A stretch of 64,000 nucleotides of DNA from an uncultured Verrucomicrobiae bacterium (GCA_963764165.1 CAVXRD010000002.1:1024001-1088000), one strand, 5' to 3'. Positions 37,780-49,092 are shown, numbered from the stretch's first letter. The notes: generated by a model from the sequence alone, not told the origin. Program-made: numbers and translations.

Positions 37780-38034
37780 CAAGCTGCCTTTGTCTAGACG
37801 CGCCCATATCCCCATAGTAAACACACGTGTGCCGTTCAGTTATGCCACCAGCCTTCTCGATCAACACCGTTTGCGCGTTCGGTGCGCGGAAGAACTCCTT
37901 CCGGCGAATCCATTGCGTGACTATGGAATTAACCGAATGATCGCCGAAGCTTAAGCGTCACTCGCTGAAATTGTGAACCCCGCCGCGACGGGGTGGTTGC
38001 CAGATGTTCGTGAGCACTTTAAGTTGTTGACGGC

Positions 38035-38295
38035 ATGAAGCCGCTTAAAAGACAGAAGCAAATGCTCCCGCCTGGCATGCTCAAAAAATGGCGCGCCGCG
38101 GTGTATGATTTCCATGTGAGCGCCTTCGGTGAAGAGATGGCCCGAGTGAATCATCTGCCGCTGGCGGAACGCAAACGGTATGTCGCCGAAATGGCGGATC
38201 ACGCGGCCCGCAAGGGCGTCAAGTCTGGCAAGCCAGCTTTGGGAGTCACGCAGCAGCCGCCCAGCGTTTTCATTCCGCCTTGTTCTCCGTTATAA
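38035..38295 (+). CDS. Small hypothetical protein
   Basis: 86-aa ATG ORF filling an intergenic gap. Confidence 0.45.
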   Translation: MKPLKRQKQMLPPGMLKKWRAAVYDFHVSAFGEEMARVNHLPLAERKRYVAEMADHAARKGVKSGKPALGVTQQPPSVFIPPCSPL

Positions 38296-39900
38296 GCCCG
38301 TTCGGACAAAAACGTAAACGTTTTTTCCATCAGCGATGGGGATGAGCTTTTTCAGCCCGAAAGCGCTGCTTTCTCTTAACATGCGAACGAAATCATCTTG
38401 CAGCGGCTCCGCCGGCATGTTGGCAGAGCCGCCCAAAGTTCCCTTATCTTGGGCGATGACCACGTCGGCAGAATCGAGTGCTTTCCTAAATCGATCCAGG
38501 GTCGGGACAAACGCGCAAGAAACGACTAATGGGCGCACATGCCGGCGCAGATACCAGATATTCACGTTTTCAGGAGCCACTGTGCTCTGGGTTGCAAGAA
38601 TTTTCTTAGGCGCAGGCAAGAGGGGCAAAGACTGCTCCACGCCACGCCACGCTGTTATGTAGCTGAGGCTTCTTGCGTCCTGCTCCCGATGGCTGTAGTC
38701 GGGCCATTCGTAAAACAGCGTCATAATAATCGCCGCCCCCAAAACGACCCCGGAAAGGACGTAACGATAAGGGTTCGGCCAATTTTGGCCGGTCCGCAGC
38801 ATTCCGCCGGCAAAGTAACAGGCGGAAAAAATCAATATTCCGTAAAAGGCGCCACCCAAGAAAACGGTCTTCGCATTGGCCATCGAATTGACGGCATAGA
38901 CCATCGACACAATGAGCCAGAGCAAAGCCGTTTGGAGCCGTCCGACGCGGGTTGATTTGACGAAATGCCAGATGGACAATCCAAGAATAGACGGCGACAC
39001 CGCCCAGTAAAAGCAGCCAAAGTTGGACCTGGCCCCCAGCTTGCCGATGTAGAAAGTCCATTGTGCCCGTCGGTCGCCCGGAAAAGCCCAGACCCCGGCA
39101 TTTTTCCCGTACGAGTTCGCATAAAAATAGTCCCAGATGTGCTTCCAATGAAAGGCGTAATAAGGGCTTGCGATTAAGACAGCCAAGCCTGGACCGGCCA
39201 AGAGCGCCGCCGGCAAGGCTCGCCAGGCTTGCCTTGAATTGGTTCTCGCAAATTCCACCAGCCACCGGCCCAAAAAGGCCGCGCTCAAAACGAGAATGGT
39301 CATCGCGAAAGTTGTAGGCTTGATCAGCAAATTCAATCCGGCCAAGACGCCAAAGACGGAGGAGCACCATCGTTTCTCAAAGAACTGCTCTTGAGTCAGC
39401 GTGAAAACCACGGTAAAGCCAGTGATCGTAGCCCAAGCGATATCGGGACGGAATTCCGCAACAGCCATTGAGGCGAATGGCAGCATCAATGCAATCCACA
39501 GCGCCAGGCAGAAGTCGGCCAGACGGCAGCCTCGGACAAAATAAGCAACGGCAAAAAGATAGGCCGTCAACAAAATGATGTTCGCCATGTAGGGCGAGGC
39601 ATCCTCGTAACCTCCCACCCAGAATGCGAAGGCGGCAAGAGCAGTGGAATAAGGCGAATGAAGATCGTCGCGGGCGAGAAAGGAAGCCAAGCCATTTCGG
39701 CCGTCTTCCCTGATGCTTTCCAACAAATCGGTCCCGCTGGAAAAGTAAACGACATCATCGTAACTGGGCACGTTGCTCAAGCGGCCTTCCCTAAACGACT
39801 TATGGACACAGAAACAAGTGTAGCCGATTGCCAGAAAAACAATGATGAGGCTCCGCCCGTGCTTCCAAGACCGTTCTTTGACGGTATTTGCCATGCTCAT
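38290..39900 (-). CDS. GT-C (ArnT/PMT-like) membrane glycosyltransferase
   Basis: YDDVVY after first TM, HSP, EFRPD, LLIKPT, many TM helices. Confidence 0.75.
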   Translation of the reverse strand: MSMANTVKERSWKHGRSLIIVFLAIGYTCFCVHKSFREGRLSNVPSYDDVVYFSSGTDLLESIREDGRNGLASFLARDDLHSPYSTALAAFAFWVGGYEDASPYMANIILLTAYLFAVAYFVRGCRLADFCLALWIALMLPFASMAVAEFRPDIAWATITGFTVVFTLTQEQFFEKRWCSSVFGVLAGLNLLIKPTTFAMTILVLSAAFLGRWLVEFARTNSRQAWRALPAALLAGPGLAVLIASPYYAFHWKHIWDYFYANSYGKNAGVWAFPGDRRAQWTFYIGKLGARSNFGCFYWAVSPSILGLSIWHFVKSTRVGRLQTALLWLIVSMVYAVNSMANAKTVFLGGAFYGILIFSACYFAGGMLRTGQNWPNPYRYVLSGVVLGAAIIMTLFYEWPDYSHREQDARSLSYITAWRGVEQSLPLLPAPKKILATQSTVAPENVNIWYLRRHVRPLVVSCAFVPTLDRFRKALDSADVVIAQDKGTLGGSANMPAEPLQDDFVRMLRESSAFGLKKLIPIADGKNVYVFVRTGL

Positions 39901-40121
39901 GGCCCCGGAGCATTCTAGGATTTCGTGGCGAATGCAACACGAAAGCGGAAGAGGATTTCGTCCATCGGAATTCGACGCTGGCTCCTTCCGAACTGTCCCC
40001 GGCGTTGACAAGAAGATCCGCGTAAATCCCTAATGCGGGCATCCTGAGCGCGGCCGGGTTGCTGTTGGATTTACGGTTTCGCTTGATCAATTGCTTCCTC
40101 CTGCGATCAAATGGCCTTCGT

Positions 40122-41123
40122 ATGACCATCTTGTCATCAAAGTTTCACATGGCCTTTGGCGTTTGCGCGCTGGCATGGATTGTTTCATCAAGCGTCTTCG
40201 CCGCGCCGACGGACGATGTTTATTCGCTCGGGCCGGATTCACTGCCGCACAGTGGGACGCCCAAGGGCAAAGTGATTGGGCCGCTGACGCTGGCCAGCCA
40301 GGTTTTCACCAACACGACGCGGAATTATTGGATCTACGTGCCAGCCCAATACGATCCGAAGACCCCGGCGGCATTGATGATTTTCCAGGACGGACAGGCC
40401 TTCGTGAGCACAAATGGCGAGTATCGGATTCCAAACGTGTTCGACAATCTCATCTATCGCCGCGAAATGCCGGTGACAATTGCCGTGTTCATCAATCCCG
40501 GGCGCTATCCGAACCAGCAGGAATCCAGTTCCACCAATTGGGGAGACAGCATCAACAACCGTTCTGTCGAATACAATGAGTTGAACGATCATTACGCCCG
40601 GATGATCGTGGAGGAATTGATGCCTGCGATGGAAAAGGATTACAATCTATCCAAGAATCCCGATGATCACGCGATTGCCGGCGCCAGTTCGGGGGCGATT
40701 TGCGCTTTCACCGTGGCGTGGCAGCGGCCCGATCAATTTCACAAGGTCATCAGCACCATCGGCAGCTTCACCAATTTGCGAGGAGGCCACGTCTACCCGG
40801 ATTTGATTTTGCAGGGCGGCCGCAAGCCGATCCGGGTGTTTTTGCAGGACGGCGTCAATGATCTGCGTGGGCGCGGCCGCAACAACAGCCCCTACGATCC
40901 GCAAAAGGATTGGCACGCCCAGAATTTGAAGATGGCCGGGGCATTGACTGCGAAAGGCTACGATGTCAATTACTGCTGGGGCATCGGCACGCACTCAGGA
41001 AAACAAGCCGGCGCGATGATGCCGGAAATGCTGCGCTGGCTCTGGCGCGACTATCCTCGCACCGATGATCCCAACGACGACAGCAATCGCAAGTTGTTCA
41101 CCCCAAGCGACAACGCGAAGTAA
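40122..41123 (+). CDS. Secreted alpha/beta hydrolase (enterochelin esterase-like)
   Basis: YWIYVPAQY, FQDG, GASSG nucleophile elbow. Confidence 0.9.
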   Translation: MTILSSKFHMAFGVCALAWIVSSSVFAAPTDDVYSLGPDSLPHSGTPKGKVIGPLTLASQVFTNTTRNYWIYVPAQYDPKTPAALMIFQDGQAFVSTNGEYRIPNVFDNLIYRREMPVTIAVFINPGRYPNQQESSSTNWGDSINNRSVEYNELNDHYARMIVEELMPAMEKDYNLSKNPDDHAIAGASSGAICAFTVAWQRPDQFHKVISTIGSFTNLRGGHVYPDLILQGGRKPIRVFLQDGVNDLRGRGRNNSPYDPQKDWHAQNLKMAGALTAKGYDVNYCWGIGTHSGKQAGAMMPEMLRWLWRDYPRTDDPNDDSNRKLFTPSDNAK

Positions 41124-41253
41124 TCCGTCCCGCTTGCGTCATGTGCATATCCTTGATGCGGTGTGGGGATTGCCCCATGCCGCGCGCATATTTGCCCCGT
41201 TCACGGCCCTCCAAAACTGCGATGGCAATGCATCTGCTATATATCACAATTGC

Positions 41254-41613
41254 ATGTATAGAAAATTGTCGTATTCAGGTGAAGCTCCGGACGGTTGCGC
41301 GCGAGTCTCCAGCAACAAACGACGCATTTTGGTGGTGCGGGGAACTGGCGGGCTGGATCGGCTGACCGCGCGGTTGTTGGCGCAAGAAACGAACGACGTC
41401 CGGGTGGAAAACAGCACTTCGCAGGCCTTAAAGGTCGCGGTTAAATTTCTGCCGGATGTTATTCTTATTGACTTCGATTTGCCGGCCTCGTGCGCCAGCG
41501 CCCTGGCGGGCCAGCTGCGGGCCGCTCCCGAGTTAAGCCGCGTCCCGATAGTTTTCTTGCGAGACCGACCCGCCAGCGAGCCCGCCCCCGATGATCAATT
41601 CTTTCCAGCTTGA
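41254..41613 (+). CDS. Degenerate single-domain response regulator
   Basis: RRILVV, PDVILIDFDLP, PIVFL; acidic pair and conserved Lys not evident. Confidence 0.6.
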   Translation: MYRKLSYSGEAPDGCARVSSNKRRILVVRGTGGLDRLTARLLAQETNDVRVENSTSQALKVAVKFLPDVILIDFDLPASCASALAGQLRAAPELSRVPIVFLRDRPASEPAPDDQFFPA

Positions 41614-41723
41614 CGGCGCTCACAGCCGCAGCGCGCCCGCGGAAATTCCTGTCGCATAAAAATTCTTGCGCCCCTGGGGAAGCTCCTATAACATCGGCTC
41701 ACACAAAGGAAGAGGTGGCACCC

Positions 41724-42005
41724 ATGAGAAATGACACATATAATTTTGGCCGCGGCGCCGCGGTGGCGCTCAGGATTCTGCCTTGTTGCCTGGCCATATC
41801 GCTCATGGCGGGCTGCGCGCGGCATTACGACATCGTCATGACCGATGGCTCACGGGTCACCAACATCACCCATCCCGTTCCGGACAAACAGGCCGGCGTC
41901 GTCACCTACAAGGACGTGCGCGGCGATGAACATAAGAAGAACCTCGGCCGAGTGGTGGAAATCGTCCCGCACACAAAAAAGCCAAAGCCGCCCGGCTTGG
42001 ATTGA
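41724..42005 (+). CDS. YgdI/YgdR-like small lipoprotein
   Basis: MAGC lipobox; HYDIVMTDG..P..YKDVRG. Confidence 0.75.
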   Translation: MRNDTYNFGRGAAVALRILPCCLAISLMAGCARHYDIVMTDGSRVTNITHPVPDKQAGVVTYKDVRGDEHKKNLGRVVEIVPHTKKPKPPGLD

Positions 42006-42018
42006 TTTCTCCGTTCGC

Positions 42019-43308
42019 TCAAAGCGTCCATGGGCCGCGCATCGGCTGGTGGATGTAGGCGTTGGCCGCGTCATCGTCAATGAAGCGCTGGGTTTGGGGA
42101 TCGAAATGCAGCACGCGCCCTGTTTGCCAGGCGGTCTTGGCCAGATTGACCAGCGTGCAGGAGCGGTGGCCGTTCTTCTCGTTGAGCGCGAATTTTTTCC
42201 GAGTCTTCACCGCTTCGACAAAATCCGTCAATTGCGGCTCCGGATCCTTCAGGCTGCCGAGCTTGACGTCAAAATCAGGAATGTTCGATTCCAGGCTCTT
42301 GCCGATGTAACCCTTCGGGCCTTGGATGAAATAAGCGCTCTTGTCGCGGTCCTCTCCATCAATAATAATTTCACACCCATCCTTGTATTTGAGCCGGATG
42401 CGGCGGAACGTGCTGACGGCGTCCAAATCCTGTTTCGGCGCTTCGGCCTCGACCTCAATCGGGCTTTCCCCGTCTTTGTCAAGAATATATTGAACGGGGT
42501 CGAGGTAATGCTGGCCCATGTCGCCGAGGCCGCCGCCGTCGTAATCCCAATAGCCGCGGAATGTCTGATGAACCCGGTGCGGGTGGTAGAATTTGTGCGG
42601 CGCCGGGCCGAGCCACATTTCGTAATCGAGATTCGGCGGAACTGGCTGCGGCGTCAGGTCTGTCCGGCCAACCCAATTAAACTTCCAATTGAATCCGGTT
42701 GAGGCATTCAACGTCACTTTCAAAGGCCAGCCCAGCATTCCATTCATCACCGCCTTTTTGATCGGCTTCACCCGCGCCCCGACACCGTAGAAATTGTCCT
42801 GAAAGCGGAACCATGTGTTAAGCCTGAAAATGCGGTTATATTTCTCGATGGCGGCGACGACTGCTTCGCCTTCGCCAATGGTGCGGCTCATCGGCTTCTC
42901 GCACCAGATATCCTTGCCCGCCTTGGCCGCCGCGATCGAGATGAGCGCGTGCCAATGCGGCGGCGTGGGAATGTGGACAATGTCGATGTCCTTTCGCTCG
43001 AGCACTTCGCGGAAATCGCGGTAGCCCTTTATGTCATTGTTGTTCGCCTTGTGCGCCGCGGCGAGAGCCTGGTCGAGGTGAAGCTGGTCCACATCGCAAA
43101 CCGCGAGAAGTTTGCAACTCGTATTCAGGTCAGTGACATGTCCCATCCCCATGCCGCCGGTGCCGATAACCGCGCGGGTGAGCGTTTCGCTCGGCGGCGT
43201 CACGCCCGGGCCGCCGAGGACATGCCGCGGCAAAATTGTGAGGGTGGCCCAGCCAACGAAGGACGTTTTAATGAAATCGCGCCTGGTGAATCGGTGCCGT
43301 TTATTCAT
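42019..43308 (-). CDS. Tat-exported Gfo/Idh/MocA oxidoreductase
   Basis: TRRDFIK, IGTGGMG, TPPHWH, CEKP, DMGQHYLD. Confidence 0.93.
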   Translation of the reverse strand: MNKRHRFTRRDFIKTSFVGWATLTILPRHVLGGPGVTPPSETLTRAVIGTGGMGMGHVTDLNTSCKLLAVCDVDQLHLDQALAAAHKANNNDIKGYRDFREVLERKDIDIVHIPTPPHWHALISIAAAKAGKDIWCEKPMSRTIGEGEAVVAAIEKYNRIFRLNTWFRFQDNFYGVGARVKPIKKAVMNGMLGWPLKVTLNASTGFNWKFNWVGRTDLTPQPVPPNLDYEMWLGPAPHKFYHPHRVHQTFRGYWDYDGGGLGDMGQHYLDPVQYILDKDGESPIEVEAEAPKQDLDAVSTFRRIRLKYKDGCEIIIDGEDRDKSAYFIQGPKGYIGKSLESNIPDFDVKLGSLKDPEPQLTDFVEAVKTRKKFALNEKNGHRSCTLVNLAKTAWQTGRVLHFDPQTQRFIDDDAANAYIHQPMRGPWTL

Positions 43309-43602
43309 CGCGTGCAAACTCCTGATGTGTGCAAAAACAACATTGTCTTCTGAATGCAGCCGGATTCTGCCATCGCTATCTCGATAACGCCAGCCCATTG
43401 CGCAATCCTCTTTGATTTTACTTGACTAGGCCTTGATTTTCGCCCGAAATCGCCACCAATTGGGGCCGGTGGGTGGAGATCGATGGCGGCGCGAGAGATG
43501 GCCGCAAATCATTCCGCCGTCGAAGCTATTAAGATAATCCAATTCGCCTTGCGTTCTTAAGCGCGATATTTCGCATTGAAGGGTGAATAATTGGATTTGC
43601 CT

Positions 43603-46513
43603 ATGTCTCAGCCATTGGAACGTGAAATCGAAATCTTCAACGCCGCCCGCGGATTGCCGCCTGGACGGCGCGCGGCGTATCTGGATGCGGCCTGCGGTGG
43701 CGATGCGGACTTGCGCCAGGGGATTGAAGGACTGTTGCAAGCCATTGAAGCAGACAACTCTTTCCTCGAAGGTTCCGCGAAAACCGTTCCCGGGCCTACT
43801 GGAACTGTCCGCGTGAAACCGGTTGAGGAGAAACACGGGGATTACGTTGGAAGGTACAAAATCCTCCAGCAAATCGGCGAGGGCGGTTGCGGCGTCGTTT
43901 ACATGGCCGAGCAGGAAGATCCCGTGCGGCGCCGCGTTGCGCTGAAGGTCATCAAGCTGGGAATGGACACCAAGGAAGTCATCGCCCGCTTCGCGGCGGA
44001 ACGCCAGGCGCTGGCCTTGATGGACCATCCCAACATCGCGAAGGTTCTGGATGCGGGAGCGACGGCAACCGGCCGCCCCTATTTTGTCATGGAACTGGTG
44101 CGCGGCGTCAAAATCACCGATTACTGCGACCAGAACAACCTGTCAGCCCATGAACGGCTTGATCTCTTCATCCAAGTATGCCACGCCATTCAACACGCGC
44201 ACCAGAAAGGCATCATTCATCGGGACATCAAGCCATCCAACATTCTGGTCACCATGAACGACGGCGTGCCGCTGCCCAAGGTGATTGATTTTGGAATTGC
44301 CAAGGCCACGCACGGGAAATTGACGGATCAAACATTTTTCACCGCCTTCGAGCAATTCATGGGCACGCCGGCTTACATGAGCCCGGAGCAGGCGGAGATG
44401 AGCGCCCTGGATATTGACACGCGCAGCGATATCTACAGCCTCGGTGTTCTGCTTTACGAATTGCTGACAGGCAAGACGCCGTTTGACGCCAGCGCGCTGC
44501 TGCAAAAAGGCCTGGATGAAATCCGGCGCACGATTCGCGAGCAGGAGCCGGCGCGGCCTTCCACCTGTTTGAGCACGATGCTTGGCGCGGACCTGACGGC
44601 CATCGCCAAACAACGGAAGACCGAACCACCCGGTCTGCTTCACCTGGTGCGCGGCGACTTGGACTGGATCGTGATGAAAGCGCTTGAGAAAGATCGAACA
44701 CGCCGTTACGAAACAGCCAACGGCTTGGCGGCGGACATCAAGCGCCATCTCAACAACGAACCTGTGACAGCCTGCCCGCCAAGCAGAATCTATCGGTTTC
44801 AAAAAATGGCGCGCCGCAACAAACTGGCCGTTGGCGCGGCCGCCGCCGTGGCAATGTCACTGCTTTTGGGTTTGGGGATTTCCTCGGTCATGTTCATCCG
44901 CGAAAAAGAAGCCCGCGCCAAAGTGGCTGACATGTTTATCCGGGAGCGAGAGGCCCATCAACAGGCCGAAGAGGCGAGATTGAAGGCGCAATCAGAAGCC
45001 GTCCACGCGCAACTCTCGTCCGAGGAGGCGAAGGCGGCGGAACTCAAAGCGCAGTTGGCGCTGAAAGCGGCCCAAGCCAGCGAAGCACAGGCTCAGACAG
45101 AAACCGTCCGGGCATCAAATTCGCTGGCTGAGGCAAAGGCAGCGGGACTCCAGGCAGAAGCAGCGCTCAAAGCCGCGCAAGCCAGCGAGCAGAGGGCAAA
45201 GGCATCGGAAGCTCGTGAGGCCCTCCTCTTTCAGGAGGCAAGAGCACAGTCCATTTCCGTTTGCCGCCTCTTGCTTCAGGAGGTTCGTGATGCGCTCCCC
45301 GACAAATGGGCGGCAATGCTCCGCACCAATCGGGTCACCCTGGAAAATACGGACGAGCCGTTTATCAGGCCCATTGTATCCACGGGCGGCGGGGAAACAG
45401 TGGATGGGATTTCCATCTCCGCCGGCTTTATTTACTTTCTGAATCAATTGTCCCACGCCAAGGCGATCGACAAGATCGAGCCAGGCTTCCTGGACCAATA
45501 CGTGGAGAGCTGGAGCCGCGCCGCCATTCTGGATCCCGCAGCGCCATTGCCTCCCATAACGGAGGAACGATTCTGGACGACCGATGTGCTTGAAGGCCAG
45601 CTAGCTTATTTCAACCAAATGATGGGGGCGATGATTGCCATCAACATGTCTCATCTTTACCTGGGACATTATGCCAAATATGCCACCTCGCTGACAGGCG
45701 CCGACGGAAAGTTTTTGCCGATAAATGATTTTCTAACCCCCACGGAATGGAACGTCTCAATCAAGGTCGGCACCTTGAGCAGCCTCAATCTTGCCCTGGA
45801 CTCCGACGGACTGCGCACGATAATTTATGCCCTGGACAAAATGCACCCGCGCCCGGCATGGGCGGACTATATCTCTCCGCCGAATACAGACCTCAAAAAG
45901 CTGAACGAGACCTTGGCGATGCTGGAAGACGAATTCTTCTACGGAGGCAAGCGGAAAGAAGCCGCGGGCAAGGAGGCTAAATTGCCAAAAAATTTAATCG
46001 AGGAAGCAGCGTGGACGCCCGGACTGGCCACCGTGCGCACCATCAAGGGAACAGTCGAGCGTTTAGCTGGCGCCCACTGGGAAAGCGTGACAAACAACGC
46101 AAAGCTTGAACAAGGCACCCAGATCAGAACTGGTTCCGATTCTGAGTCCTTCCTCAGCGTCAACGGGCTTAGCTCGGCCCTTCGAATCTGTCCGGACACG
46201 GTTCTTACCCTGCAAACAATGGCGCGGGCCGATGCAAAAATGAAAGATTTCAAAACGGTCCTCGTGCTTGAAAGCGGCACCATTCTGGGCGAAGTCAAGA
46301 GGCTTTCGCCCGATTTCGAAGTACGAGATTCGGACACCTCGCGGTGTGGCTGGCATTCGCGGCGGCGGTGATTTCAGGATGAACGTCGTTCCCGGGCCGA
46401 ACGGAGCCTCTATAACAATGGATGCCATAACGGGAGACATCGAAGCCACCGCGATTGTTGACGGCAAAGAGGTGAAACGCATTCTTTCGGAAGGCGAAAC
46501 CTGGACGCCATGA
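43603..46513 (+). CDS. Hanks-type Ser/Thr kinase with TM, coiled coil, M48-like and FecR-like domains; frameshift at ~46314 (unshifted stop 46371)
   Basis: IGEGGCGVVY, VALK, HRDIKPSN, DFG, GTPAYMSPEQ; FecR-like tail continues in +1 frame. Confidence 0.88.
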
Positions 46514-46588
46514 AGCCCAATGCTTCCATCCATCGCCGGGGAGGCCCGGTTTTCTTGCGCCCCCCGAACCGGGGCAATTATATTCCAG

Positions 46589-47149
46589 ATGAGCGCCGTG
46601 ACCCTTATTCTTGACTCCCTGCGGCCCGATGACCCAGCAGCCGCCGACAAATTGCTGCCGCTGGTCTACGCCGAGCTGCGCAAATTGGCCGCCGCGAAAA
46701 TGGCACGGGAAACGCCGAACCAAACCTTGCAGCCCACCGCGCTGGTGCATGAAGCCTGGCTGCGCCTGGTCGGCAACGATAATCCGCACTATGCCAATCG
46801 GGCCCATTTTTTCTCCGCCGCCGCCGAGGCGATGCGGCGCATTCTTATTGACAATGCGCGCCGCAAAAAAGCCGCGCGCCACGGCGGCAACCAACAGCGC
46901 CACGATATCGCGGACTTCCCGGAAGTGACCGCTCCATGCGGCAACGACGAACTCCTCGCCTTGAACGAAGCTCTCGACAAGCTCGCCGCCCTTCACGCTC
47001 TTCAGGCCGACGTGGTCAAACTGCGCTATTTTGTGGGCATGACCAACGCTGAAGCCGCCCAGGCCCTGAATCTCTCGGAGCGCACTGTCAATAATTACTG
47101 GAACCACGCCCGCGCCTGGCTGGCCCGGGAAGTTCGGGCCAAACCGTAA
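46589..47149 (+). CDS. ECF sigma factor of the kinase-associated PVC type
   Basis: LLPLVYAELRKLA, TLQPTALVHEAWLRL, AMRRILID, ARAWL. Confidence 0.93.
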   Translation: MSAVTLILDSLRPDDPAAADKLLPLVYAELRKLAAAKMARETPNQTLQPTALVHEAWLRLVGNDNPHYANRAHFFSAAAEAMRRILIDNARRKKAARHGGNQQRHDIADFPEVTAPCGNDELLALNEALDKLAALHALQADVVKLRYFVGMTNAEAAQALNLSERTVNNYWNHARAWLAREVRAKP

Positions 47150-47263
47150 ATTGAATCACAGCCTATAAATCCCCGTGAGCAGCGGGGAATATCGCGGGCC
47201 TTTCCGATTTGACCCTGCCGGATGTTGCCCCCATCATGTTGGCTGGGCGGAGGCCCATATTAT

Positions 47264-48487
47264 ATGAACCTGGATGACTTTTATTCGAAACTTACCATCA
47301 AGACCAAAGGCAAGCTCGCTCTCCTCGTGTTGGATGGCTTGGGCGACATCGCAACGAAGGAACAAGGATTTCTGACCCCCTTGGAAGCCGCCAACACTCC
47401 CAATCTCGATGCCCTGGCCAGAATCGGCGCGCAGGGGCGCATGATCCCTGTCGCTCCCGGCGTGACGCCCGGCAGCGGCCCCGGGCACCTCGGCCTTTTC
47501 GGCTACGATCCCCTCGAATTTCAAGTCGGACGAGGCGTCATTGAAGCGCTCGGGCTAGGGGTGGATTTGCAGGCGGGCGATGTGGCCGCGCGAGCCAATT
47601 TTTGCACGATGGACGCCAAGGGCATTGTCACTGACCGCCGCGCCGGACGCATTGCCACCGAAGTGACCGAGGAACTCTGCGCGTTGCTTTCCAAAAAAGT
47701 GAAAAAGCTGGGAGACGCCGAAGTCATCATCAAGCCCGGCAAAGGCCATCGTTTCGTGGTGATTTTCCGCGGCAAAGGATTGGAAGGCCCGCTGAGCGAC
47801 GCCGATCCGAATCGCGAAGGCCTCCCGATTCCGACCGTGCATCCAACGGACGCAAATTCCGAGAAACAAAAGAAAGCGGCGAAGTTGGTGGCGGATTTCT
47901 ACAAGCAAGCGCTTCCCGTGATCGCTGGCAAGAAACCCGCCAACGGATTCCTCATGCGCGGCATCGCCCATCAACCCGCAATTCCCACGATGGAGGAACG
48001 CTACCGGTTGCGTGCCGCCTGCCTCGCGGTTTACCCGATGTACAAGGGCCTAGCCCAATTAGTTGGCATGAAAAAAATCGAAGGCCCACAGACGATCTCC
48101 GAGCAGTTCAAGCGCTACGCCGCCGAGTTCGACAACTACGATTACTTTTTCATCCACTTCAAATACACCGACATGTACGGCGAAGACGGCAATTTCGAGG
48201 CGAAGAAAAAAGCCATCGAAGAATTCGACGCCGCACTGCCCATCTTCCTTGAAAAGAAGCCCGACGTCATCGCCATCACCGGCGACCATTCCACGCCGTG
48301 TGCGGTAAAGGGCCATTCGTGGCACCCGCAGCCGGTGCTGTTGGTATCGGAATTGAGCGGCTGGGACAAATTGGAACGCTTCACCGAAACCGGCGCGAAT
48401 ATCGGATCGCTGGGCGTATTCGAATCCAAATTCCTGATCCGCCTCATGCAGGCCAACGCCGGAATGTTTGACAAATTTGGGGCGTAA
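47264..48487 (+). CDS. apgM: 2,3-BPG-independent phosphoglycerate mutase, archaeal type
   Basis: LDGLGD, TPLEAANTPNLD, PGSGPGHL, GRGVIEA, TGDHSTP, HSWHP. Confidence 0.92.
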   Translation: MNLDDFYSKLTIKTKGKLALLVLDGLGDIATKEQGFLTPLEAANTPNLDALARIGAQGRMIPVAPGVTPGSGPGHLGLFGYDPLEFQVGRGVIEALGLGVDLQAGDVAARANFCTMDAKGIVTDRRAGRIATEVTEELCALLSKKVKKLGDAEVIIKPGKGHRFVVIFRGKGLEGPLSDADPNREGLPIPTVHPTDANSEKQKKAAKLVADFYKQALPVIAGKKPANGFLMRGIAHQPAIPTMEERYRLRAACLAVYPMYKGLAQLVGMKKIEGPQTISEQFKRYAAEFDNYDYFFIHFKYTDMYGEDGNFEAKKKAIEEFDAALPIFLEKKPDVIAITGDHSTPCAVKGHSWHPQPVLLVSELSGWDKLERFTETGANIGSLGVFESKFLIRLMQANAGMFDKFGA

Positions 48488-48545
48488 TTCCCTTCCCGGC
48501 TGGGCGAACTATAGAAGCTGACGCATGCACGTCGGCCCCGCCTGG

Positions 48546-48875
48546 TCAGGTTTTCAATTCAAGCATGTAGGCCAAGGCGAGTCTGACTTGCGCCAGAATA
48601 TCCGGATGGAATTCTCCGGCTCGCCGATCAAGGCGGAAATGTTCCACGGCCACGATTCCCTGAACATTGGCGACCCCGCGATCATTCCCCGGAAGGAATT
48701 TCACTTTGGGCAACGGAACTTCGTAATGGCCGCCTTTGATTTGCGTCGTCAAAGGCACACAGACACACAGGGCGCGCACGGCATCGTCGTCTTGCCGCGA
48801 TACGGCCAAAAGCGGACGAACCTTGCCCTTCAAGCCCAGATCAACCCAAAAGACCTCACCAGGTTTTGGATTCAT
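48546..48875 (-). CDS. PemK/MazF family toxin
   Basis: PGEVFWVDLG..KVRPLLAVS..VPLTT. Confidence 0.9.
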   Translation of the reverse strand: MNPKPGEVFWVDLGLKGKVRPLLAVSRQDDDAVRALCVCVPLTTQIKGGHYEVPLPKVKFLPGNDRGVANVQGIVAVEHFRLDRRAGEFHPDILAQVRLALAYMLELKT

Positions 48876-49092
48876 CGTAGAAACTTTCCAGCGATTCGGC
48901 CCGCTGTTCCCACGGAGAACTGGAATCTTCGTACTGTTCCAGCGCCAGACGGACAGGAACCCGGCCCGTGCGGGCGATCTCCGCCAGAAAGATTCTGAAT
49001 ACCTCCCCCGTGTCCGTGCCCAAGCGTTGCGTCACGGAATTCACCTTTTGCAGCAAGGGCTTTTCAACCCGGCAACGAAATAGCACAGTCAT
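48856..49092 (-). CDS. RelB/DinJ-like antitoxin
   Basis: RVEKPLLQKVNSVTQRLGTDTGEVFRIFLAEIARTGRVP; overlaps toxin start. Confidence 0.78.
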   Translation of the reverse strand: MTVLFRCRVEKPLLQKVNSVTQRLGTDTGEVFRIFLAEIARTGRVPVRLALEQYEDSSSPWEQRAESLESFYDESKTW

